Source: Bacteroidota bacterium
GTDB lineage: Bacteria > Bacteroidota > Bacteroidia > CAILMK01
Length of the DNA stretch: 64,000 nt
Direction: 5' to 3'
NCBI GenBank assembly: GCA_026391915.1
Contig: JAPLCZ010000257.1
Span: forward strand, 5,691 to 69,690
Part shown: positions 31,001-43,000 of the stretch, piece by piece
Layout of the letters: each line of letters starts with the position of its first letter
Position numbering within the stretch: the stretch's first letter is position 1
Position numbers and translations under genes: made by a program
Notes under the pieces: generated by a model
Told to the model about the DNA's origin: nothing
The model's database searches: none
What the model saw: only the letters and a program-made list of their open reading frames with translations

Positions 31001-34000
31001 CAAAATAGTGTAGGCGACTATGTAGGTAAATTTGTTGGTAATAAAATCATTTGTGGCCCAACTGCTTACTATGGTATTTATGAAAGTTACAGCCAAAGTG
31101 CTACAAAAAACATTTACCTAACACTTATTGCTAATAATATGGTGATTTGTCCTTCTACCAATTCTGCTATGAACTATCTATGGTATTCTTACTATAACAA
31201 TAACCGCAGATACTACCATAATAGCTTAAACAATTTGGGTACTTATGCATCATGCTATACTTGGTATGTGTATGAGAATGCTACCAATTCCAATATCTTT
31301 ACTAATAATATTACCAGCGTTACAGGTAACACTGCTAACTATGGTATTGGTTATTTCTACTATATTGGTGGTTCTAACTATAATGACTTCTATACTAATT
31401 CTAGCAACTTTGCTTACTATAATGGTACTTTATATAGCACTTTTGCTGCATGGAAAACCGCAACAAGTTTTGATGCTAATTCTTTAGCCAAAGACCCTGG
31501 TTTTTTAGGTGCAACAGATCTTCATGCATCTTCTCCGTATATCAATAATGCTGGTACTCCTCTGAGTGCAGTAACCACGGACTTTGATAAACAAACTCGT
31601 AGCACTACCTTCCCTGATATGGGAGCTGATGAGTTTACTATCCCGAATACAGATGCAGGTTTGGTGTCTATTGACTCACCTTATACTACTTCTTATTGCC
31701 CTGGTGTTCATAATGTAAAAGCCACTATGAAGAACTTCGGTTTGAATGGTCTTTCATCTGCCACCATTAAGTGGTGGGTTGATGGTGTAGCTCAAACAGA
31801 TTATTCTTGGACTGGTTCTGCAGTTTCTAATGGAAGTACAGTTGCCATTAATTTTGGTACTTATAATTTCCCAGGTACTGGTACCCATAGCGTTATGTGC
31901 AAGGTTACTAATCCTAACGGAACTACTGATGGTAATTCTGCCAATGATAGCTTAGCTAAAACGGGTATGAACCCAGCTATGACGGGTACTAAAACTATTG
32001 GAGGTTCTTCTCCTGATTATGCAACCTTTGCTGCTGCCCTTGTTGACTTAAACTTAAAAGGTGTTTGCGGAAGTGGTATCACTTATAATGTAAGAGATGG
32101 TATCTACAATGAGCAATTAAATTTCACAACAATCAATGGTGCATCCCCTACCTGTTGGGTTACTTTCCAAAGCCAAAGTAATGACTCAAGCAAAGCTTGG
32201 TTAAAATGGCCAACATCAACAAGCAGTACTGCTACTACCCATGGTATTGTTAACTTTAACGGATCTGCATCCTATATTAAATTTAGTAAATTAGGAATGT
32301 TGCGTTATGGTACTGGTACTGGTGATTATTATTCAGCTATGGTATCTTTTGGTAGCCAATCTGTAAGCAATATCACAGTTACTAATTGCTATATGGCTAA
32401 TACGAATGTAGCAACCCCATATTTCTATTATGGTGCTGTTGATGGTTACTACTGGATTAGTGGTATTGGTAACAATATACAGGTTACTAATAACGTAATT
32501 AAAGGTCGTTTCTATTATGGTGGTGTTGCCATCTACGGTTATAACACTTGGCCTACTGGTATTAATGTTAGCGGTAATACAATTGACTCATCTTACTACT
32601 ATGGTACATTTATCTACTATTGCAATAGTGTTAAATATGAGAGAAATACATTGAACCTACTTTACCACGGTTCTGCGGGCTATCCTTATTATGGAGCTTA
32701 TTTATACTATATCGGTAATTCAGTATCTGATGGTGCTACAAGCGTATCCTATAATAAAATTATTATGGATAACACCAGCACTGGTACCAATTATGGAATT
32801 TTCTTCGCATATGGTTATAATGGCTATACGACTGGTCTTATAAATACCAAGCTTAGCTATGTAAATAATAATATTATCAGTATGAAGAATAGCAGTACTG
32901 GTTCTAACTATGGTTTATATACTTACTATAATGGTAAAACAATTTATTACCATAATTCTATTAACCTTTATGGTGGTACTTCAGGTGTATTATATGGCTG
33001 GTATTGGTATCCATACACAACAGGTGTAGGTTATTCTATGAGGAACAACTCAATTGTAACTTTGGGTACAAGTACTTGTTACATCATTTACTGGCCAAAT
33101 GCCTCAGTTACATATGGCAATTCTCGTTGTAATAACTATTACCCAATGACTGGAGGTAGTTCATATGCTTATAATGGTACTACTTATAATACCATTGCCA
33201 GTTATAACACTGCAATACCTTCTGATTCTGGTTCTATCTCTGTAAATCCAAACTACTTTAGTAATACAGATTTACACACATTAAGCAGCAGTTTAAATAA
33301 TGCCGGTAATGGTAGTAACGGTACTTGGAAAGCCAGTACTTATGTAACTACTGATATGGATGGCGCTACACGTAATGCAACAACTCCTGATATTGGTGCG
33401 GATGAGTTCACTCCTCCTACTGATGACGCAGGCGCTACTGCTATTACAAACCCTGCTGGTGCTTATTGTATTGGTACGTCTACCAATGTTACTATTACCT
33501 TGAAAAACCAAGGTACTAACTCACTTAGCAGCACTACTGTTAAATGGTGGGTTGATGGCACGGCACAAACTGATTATAGCTGGACAGGTACTCTTACTGC
33601 TGGGTCTTCTACTTCTATTGTTATTGGTACTTATACCTTTAGCACTGGTGGTAGCCATACAATTAATGCTAAAACTACTTTACCTAATGGCACTACTGAT
33701 GGCTATGCAGCCAATGATAGTTCTGGTCTTGTACTATCTGGCAATAGCCTAAGTGCAGGTACTTATACTATTGGTGGTACTACTCCTGATTATGCTACAT
33801 TTACATTGGCTCTTGCTGCACTTACTACCAAAGGTATTTGCGGTGCAGTAACCTTTAATGTACGTGATGGTATATATACTGAGAAGCTTAATGTAACAGC
33901 TATAAGTGGTGTTTCTGCTACTAACACTGTAACGTTCCAAAGCCAAAGCCTTGACTCAACCAAAGCTTGGTTGAACTGGCCTGCAAATAATACTGCATCT

Positions 34001-37000
34001 ACAGAGTATGCTATTGTATTTAATGGTTGCCAATATGTAACAATTAAGAAATTGGGTATTAAGCGTACGGGTTCTACTACCGATTATTATTCTAATGGTG
34101 TAAACTTTACAGCTGGTGCGGTTAATAATACTTTAACCAATTGCCATATGATTTCTAACATTAACTATCCTGCAAGTTCTATGATGTATTCTACAGCGAA
34201 TGGTCAGGGTAATACTGTTACTAATAACAGGGTAAGATATGCTGGTTATGCTTTACGTGTTGATGGTACTTCTACAGTGTATGAAACTAACTGGAATATC
34301 AGCGGTAACATCATTGATACTTGTTATTACGCAGGTATCTTTGTTACGTATCTTGATGCTCCTAAAATTAATAGCAATACTATTAATGGTTGTACTCATG
34401 CATGGCCTTCCGGCACATGGACTCAAACTTTTGGTATCTCTTTAAGTTATGTTCGTAATAGCCAAAGTGCTGTAGTGGGTGAGGTAAAAGGTAATAAAAT
34501 TATTATGCCTTCTATACCAGGTACTGTTACTTCTTATGCCTTATATGATGTAAATTCTTATAGTGCAACAAGCAATAACTATCCTACTGTAATTGCTAAT
34601 AACATGATTAGCACATTTAGCAGCAGTGCTTCTTATGGCCAACATGGTATGTATATATCAAGTATGTCCAGAAGATATGTTTACTATAATAGCTCCAACG
34701 TAGGTGGTTCTTTAACCAATTCTACTGCGGCTCCTTATGGTGTTTACTTCTTGCCTGGTACTACTGGTATCATGAATGACTTTAAGAATAACTGTATTGT
34801 AAATACTACAGGTGGTTATGCTGTATATATGTATTACCATAATACCTCAGGCACAAGCAGAGGCGGTTGGAACTATAATAACTATTATGCACCTAACTCT
34901 ACTTATTGGGTTTACAACGGTAGTACTTATACTACTTTCGCATTATGGAAAGCAGGTTCATTATCAGATTCTAACTCTATTAATGTTAACCCTGCGTTTA
35001 ATTCTGCTACAGATTTACACACAGCTTCTGCAAACTTAAATGCTGCAGGTACTATTGCTCAGTTACCTCTTATAACTACTGACTTTGATGGACAAACTCG
35101 TAATGCAACAACACCTGATATTGGTGCTGATGAATATACGCCTCCAACAAATGATGCTGCTGTTACAGTAATCACTAGCCCGGGTGTTGCTTATTGCACT
35201 GCCTCAGCTACTAATGTTACTGCTACTATAGTTAATAATGCAGCTACAACCCTTACTACTGCTGTTGTTAAATGGTGGATTGATGGTACAGCACAAACTA
35301 ATTACTCTTGGAGTGGTAGTTTAACTGCTGGCTCTAGCACTTCTGTAACTGTAGGTTCTTATACCTTTACTACTACACCTACTACTCATACGGTAGATGT
35401 AAAAGTAACCTCACCTAATGGTGGAACTGATAACGTATTAACTAATGATAGTTTACGCAAAGGGCCACTAGTACAAGGTATACAAGGTACTAAAACTATT
35501 GATGGTGGTGGTGCTGGAGATTATATCTCTTTCACTGCTGCAGTTACTGATATGCAGACTTATGGCCTTTGTGGTGCAATTACTTTCAACGTAACTCCTG
35601 GATACTATATTGAGCAAGTGAACCTGCAAAACATTGGTTCTTCTGCTACCAACACTGTATTATTCCAAGGTAGTACTTCTGACTCTACTGCATCTGTGCT
35701 GTATTTCTCAGCCAATGCTACTGCAAGTCCTAACTATCTGGTTAACTTCAACGGTGTTAGTTATGTAACCTTTAAGAAACTTTGTTTCCAAAGGTTATCT
35801 ACCACAGCTCAAACCTATGGTAATATCTTTACCTATGTTGGTGGTGCTAATAATATTACAGTTACCAATTGCCATGTAGTAGGTAATAAAAATTACCAAA
35901 CTACTGGTACTACATCCAATAGCTTCTACTCTACTGCTAATGGTGGTGCTAATAACAAAATCTTGAACAACAGGATTCGTTATCAGTTCCTTTACATTTA
36001 TGGTACTGGTTCTAATAGCCCTGATATAGGATGGCAGATTAGTGGTAATATGATTGACTCAACATACTATTATGGAATGTTGATGGCATATCATGATGGA
36101 TTCAAAATTCAGAATAACAGGATTACTGGTGCTACTGTAAGTAGTTCCCCTGCTAATCCACTGAACTATGGTATCTATCTACAGTATTACCGTAACACCC
36201 AAAGTGTAAGTGCTAACCAAATTACGGGTAACAGGATTTATATCCCTTATTATAATACAACTTGTTATGGTATGTATTGTATTTATTCTGGTACTTCTTA
36301 CGTAACTACTAATACCTATCCTACTTTGATTGCTAATAATCAAGTGAGTATTGGTTATGCTTCTGCCTCTGCCGTTACTGGTATGTATATATACCTTGGT
36401 CAAAGACAATTGGTATATCATAATAGCATAAACCTTTTTGCTGGTACTGGTACTTCTTATGGCTTATATGTTTATGGACAGAACACTTCACAGACTACTA
36501 ATAACTTCTATGTTAGAAATAATATAGTTGCTAATAAGCAAACTGGTGCTTCTGAATATAACATTTATAACTACTATACTTATAGCAGAACCAATTGTTT
36601 CTACTCTACTGGGTCTACCAATAATTATTTTGTAAATAATGGTACTACGTATAGCACACTTGCTCTTTATAAGGCAGGTACAGGTTCTCCTGACTCAAGT
36701 TCTGTGAACGGTAGCAATCCAAACTTCTTCGGAAATAATGATTTGCATACTACAGCTTCTATCAGTAGCAATGCTGGTACAGGTAATGGTACTTATGGTA
36801 AAGACAATACAGGTACAACTGTTAACTCTTTGGTAGGTACAGATTTGGACGGTGAAACCCGTACTGCTGCAACACCTGATATAGGTGCAGATGAATATAG
36901 CATTCCTGTTAATGATATAGGTGTTGCTATTACTTCTCCAACTACTTCTTATTGCAGTGGTTCTACAAGTAATGTAACTGCCACTATCTCTAACATTGGT

Positions 37001-40000
37001 ACTAACAGCTTAACTAGCGGTACAGTGAAATACTATATTGATGGTGTGGCTCAAACTAATTATATTTGGAGTGGCACATTAGCTACTAATGCTACTACCT
37101 CAGTTGTAATAGGTACTTATACTCTTACTACTGGCTCTCACGTATTGCAGGCTAAAGGTAAATCACCTAATGGTACTACTGATGATTACAGCACTAATGA
37201 CTCTACCTATACTGGTAGCATGACTGCTGCATTAGGTGGAACCAAAACAATTGGTGGTACTACACCAGATTATACTACATTTACATTAGCAGTGGCGGAC
37301 CTTTTATCTAAAGGTGTTTGTTCTACGTTAATCTTTAGTGTAAGAGATGGTGTATATAGCGAGGCTATAACATTAACGGCTATCCCCGGTGCTTCTGCTA
37401 CTAACACAGTAACTTTCCAAAGCCAGAGTCTTGACTCTAGCAAAGCTTGGTTAAGTCAACCTGCAAGCACATCATTGTCATCTATTGTTATCTTAACCAA
37501 CGTAAGTTATGTAAGGTTTAATAAACTTGGCTTTATACGCCCAGGTACATCAAGTCAATACTTCCAAAACTGTATTTACTTTAATGGTGTTAACGGTTTA
37601 GGTGTACAAATCACTAACTGTTTATTGGTAGGTAATAAAGCCAACACTTCTGTTACTTCGTCTTATACTGGTAACTACAGTCAGATGATTGCCTCTTATG
37701 TATCTACCAGTTCTAATAATAACGGTGCATTTATCAATAATAATAAGCTCCGTTACGGACCTATTACTATTTATAATGCAGGTTATTCTACTACTACTAT
37801 TTCTGAAGGTAACTGGATTATCACCAATAACATTATTGATAGCCCTATGTATTATGGTATTTATGCTTTTGGTCTTGATACATTTAAAATCAATGGTAAT
37901 AGGTTGAACTTTGCTAACGGATTACCTTATACCGTTTATGGTATGTATATCTACTATCCAAAGAATACCACTAATGCTACTTACGGTAGGAATAATGAGT
38001 TGAAAGGTAACAAACTTTACTGGCCTGGTTACTATACCACTGAGTATGGTATGTATTATTATTATGGCTATAGCCAAACCAATAACAGACCTACCATCAT
38101 TGCTAATAATATGATTACTATTAGTGCTGGTACAGGTACTGGTTATGGTTGCTATATGTATTATGATTCTAAAATCCACTTCTACCACAATACAATTAAT
38201 ACTGTGGCTGGTGGTACAGGCTCATATTCATTCTATTATTATAACCCATCACCTACTTCTAACACTACCTATCCTGCGTATGTTAGAAATAATATCTTTA
38301 ACAACGTGGCTGGTGTTACATATATGATGTATATGTATGGTCGCCCAGTATCTATTGATTATAATAACTATTATTATACTGGTGCTAACTTAGGTTATGA
38401 TGCTTATAACGGATATGCTTATTCTACATTCGCATTGTGGAAAGCTGCTGTTTCTGGAACTTATTTCCAACGCCCAGACTCTAATGGTACTAATAATCTA
38501 CCTCAGTTTGTATCTAACTCTGATTTGCATAACAGTGCATCTTCACTAAATAATACCGGTGGTATTTATAGTGGTGGTGTTGCTAGCATCTGGAATGCTT
38601 ATGCAAATACGGATTATGATGGAACTACCCGTTCTGCAACAACTCCTGACGTGGGTGCTGATGAATTCACACCTCCTGCAGAAGATGTTAAGATGATGAG
38701 TGCTGATACCCCAGGTAACAGCTATTGCGCAAGCGCTACCCCACGTAATGTTTGGATTACCATTAAAAATAATGGTACTAATAACCTTACTACTGCTACT
38801 ATTAAGTGGTGGGTAAATGGTACTGCTCAAGCAGACTATAATTGGACAGGTACTATAACTCCTGGTGCAAATTCTCAATTGAACATTGGTTCTTATGTGT
38901 TTAACTCAGGTACTTATAGCATGAACTTTAAATCAGTTACTCCTAATGGTGGTACTGATGGTAACATCTTGGATGATAGTATGGCTAAGCCTTCCATCGT
39001 TCCCGGTGGTGGCGGTACTTATACTATTGATGCAGCAGGTGGTGGTAACTATACAACCTTCTCTGCAGCAGTAAGTGATTTGTTAACCAATGGTCTTTGT
39101 ACCCCTGCTACATACAATGTAGTAAACGGAGTATATAATGAGCAGGTAAATATCACTGCTATCTCTGGTGCTAATGCTACCAACACTATCTTATTCCAAA
39201 GCGTAAGTAATGACTCAAGCAAGGTATTTATTACCTTTAATGGTAATACTGCAGTTGCTGCCAGCAACTATGCGCTTAACTTTAATGGTTGTAGCTATGT
39301 TACCTTTAAAGGTATCAGCGTGCAACGTGTGGGTACTTCAGCGCAAACTTCTAGCAACGTAGTGCAGTTTACCAATAATGCTAAGAGTAACGTATTCCGC
39401 AACGGGATGATTGTAGCAAACAGAAATGCTTATGCTTCATCAATTGCTGTATATGGTAACTTAAGCTATTATGGTAATACTGTAATGAACTCACGTATCA
39501 GGTACGGTAGAGGTTTATACATCTTAGGTAACTCTGCAGTGTATGAAACCAATTGGGTACTTACAGGTAATATACTGGATAGTAGCTATTCTACAAGTAC
39601 TAGTTATGGTGCAATTCACCTTTCATACCTTGATGCTCCAACAGTAAGCAATAATACTATTAACGGTTCTACCCTTTATGGTGGTACTGGTACTGGTATC
39701 TTGATGAACTACGTTAGGAATAACCAAAGTAATTATGCAGGTACTATTACCCGTAATACAATGACTTTGATTAATGGCAACTATGGTATCTATGATGCAA
39801 ATTCTTATAATGCTACTAATAATAACTTCCCAACATTGGTTGCTAATAACATTATTAACATTCAAGGTGCGGGTGTAGCTTATGGTATTTTCTCTACTGC
39901 CAGCAAATTACGCGAGTGGTATTATAACACGGTTAATATGACCAATACTAATACTAGCAGTTATGCATTATATGAAACATATAATACTTCTACTGTACGT

Positions 40001-43000
40001 AATATGCAATGGAAGAATAACATCTTCGCTAATAGTGGTGGCGGTCAGGCAGCATTTGTTCACTTACCACAAGGTATGAACTATAATGACTACTACACTA
40101 CTAACTCTACTTTTGGTAGCTATAATGGTACTGCTTATGCAACCTTTGCTTTATGGAAAACAGGTAGCACTAAGGATTCTAACTCTCTAAATGTTAATCC
40201 TCAGTTCTATTCTAGTTCCAATGGTCACGTATATAATCAATCTATCAATGGTGCTGCTACTCCAATAGCATCTATTGTAAGTAATGATGTTGATGGACAA
40301 ACTCGTAACGCAACTACCCCTGATATGGGTGGTGATGAGTTTGACCCACCAGCACAAGATGCTACTATCCTTGCTATCACCAATCCTAATCCTGGATACT
40401 ATTGCGCAGGCACTAACACTGTTACTGCTACCATAGGTAACCTTGGATATAATGCTCTTACTTCTATGAGTGTAAACTGGTGGATTAATGGTATTGCTCA
40501 AACACCTTATGCTTGGACAGGTACTTTAAGCGCAAGTGCTACTACTTCAATGAGTATTGGTACTTATAATTTCTTATCAGGTAATGTTTATTACATTGAT
40601 ATGAAAGTTGTTAGTGTATTGCCTTCTCCTGATGGCAACCCAACCAATGACAGTATGCACCAAAACTTATACTCAGAAGGTTTGAATGCAGGTACTTATA
40701 CTATCAACCCATCTAACCCTGTAAGTAGTACTAACTACCAAACATTTACTGCGGTGGCTTATGACCTAAACAACAGAGGTCTTTGCGGTGCAGTAGTGTT
40801 TAACGCAAGTGATGGAGTATATACTGGTCAAATCTCTTTAGGTGCTATTACTGGTAGCAGTGCTACAAACACTGTAACCTTTAATGGTAATACATCTGAT
40901 AGTAACAAAGTTATTATGAGCTTCCCTGCAGGTAGCACTTATAGTGCTGCTGGTGCAAATGTTAACTATGTGGTTGGCTTTAATGGTTGCCAATATGTAA
41001 CCTTTAATAAAATGACCATGCGCAGAACCTCTACAGGTACTGATTATTTTGCAACCTTAGTTTACTTCGGTGGTGGTTCTCATAATAATACTGTTAGCAA
41101 TTGCGTAATCAAAGGTTTGTATAATAACGCTTATTATAGTTATGACCATGTACTTATATCTGATGGTTATACTTATTATAACACTCAGAACATTGTGGCT
41201 GATACTAATAACACTATCAAAAATAATTTGATGCGTTATGGTACTTATCCTTTCTACATTGCTGGTAACAGCAGCAGTATTGCTACTTATGAAAGCTTTG
41301 GTTCTATTACAGGTAATGATATTGATAGTGCATATCAGTACAACTATCCTTACATTGCTTATACTAACAGGACTAAGTTTAATACTAACAAACTTGTTTG
41401 GCGTTCAGGTTCTTCTTATGGAGTGTATGCTGTTAGCAATGCTAATTTGCAGTTGAATGGCAATACACTTTTTGATACCCTTGTATCTCCATCTTATGGA
41501 TTCTATGTTACAAGCAATGTTAGTGTTTCTTTAAACAGTAATACTATTACCAATGCATCTGGATACACCAACAACAATCCTATTTATTTTGCAAGTAATA
41601 ATGGAACTATGACTGCGAATGGCAATACACTTCGCCAACGCAGTACTGGTACTTATCCATTCTACTTTACAAGTAATACTAGCACCAATACAGGTACATT
41701 GAGCATAAATAGTAATACTTATATATTGAATGGAACAACTTCTTATCCTTTCTATATAGCTAGTAACACCTGCCCAATTACTATGAACGGTAATACTATT
41801 ACGCAGGCATCTACGGCAACTACAAGTTCTTATTTCTGGTACTACTACAATAACACAGGTAGCACTAACTTAATTCAGAGCAATACTATTAGCCATAATG
41901 CTACAGGTGCTTCTTATATCCTCTACACCCAAAGCAACACTGGCTTAACTGTGCGTAAGAATACTATTACTTCAAGTGCTTCTCATTCTTACTCTGTATA
42001 TGCTACAAGTAATAATGCAATGACATTTGATACTAATACTATTACTACAAGTGCTGCTGCTACTTATCTTGCTTACTTCCCAACATTGCAGGATTTGGCA
42101 TTTAATGGAAACATACTTACAAATGGATTTACACAAACTGGTGTTGCTTATTTAAATACATTAACTACTAGCACACGTTCCATCAGTATCCAAGGTAATA
42201 AGTTCCTTAATACTTCTGCATCAAGCGGTTCTTATATCGTTAATGCGGGTGCTATTACGGGTTCTTCTACCTATGTTGCTTTGATAGCAAATAATATGTT
42301 CATTGCTGCTACAGCTACTGCATTATCATCTTTCTATCACCCAAGCAGTGCATCTAGTTATATCAACTTCTATCATAACACTGTAAGAGGAAGTACAACA
42401 AGTACAACGGTGGGTTCTGCAACTACACCAATGTTCTTCTATACTTCTACTACTAGTAGCAATATCAATGTTAAGAATAACATCTTTGCTAATATGTCTT
42501 CTGGTTATGTTTATTATAGATATAATATGGCTACTTCTGATTACAACGATGTATATGCAAATAATTCTGCATCATACAATATGGCTGTAAATGGAACTGG
42601 TTATGCAACTCTTGCTGCAGCTAAAACTGCTGGTTATGAAACCAATTCTGTAAGTGTTAACCCTCAGTTTACTTCTGCTTCTGATCTTCATATCTCTACT
42701 TCAACTACTCCTTGTGCTATTCACCATAAAGGTGTTAGTGGCTTGGGTGTAGCTTATGACTATGATGCAGGTGTGCGTAACACTAACCCAGATTTGGGTG
42801 CTGATGAGTTCACAGTAGCTTCTGGTAACGGCGGCCAATGGACTGGTAGCATTAATACTAACTGGTTTACTACAGGTAACTGGTGTGATGATGTAGTTCC
42901 TACATCTTCTACTAACGTAACTGTACCTTCTGGTTTGGTTAGCTATCCTAACATTGATACTGGTACTGCAGTTTGTAACAACTATACTATCAACAGCAGT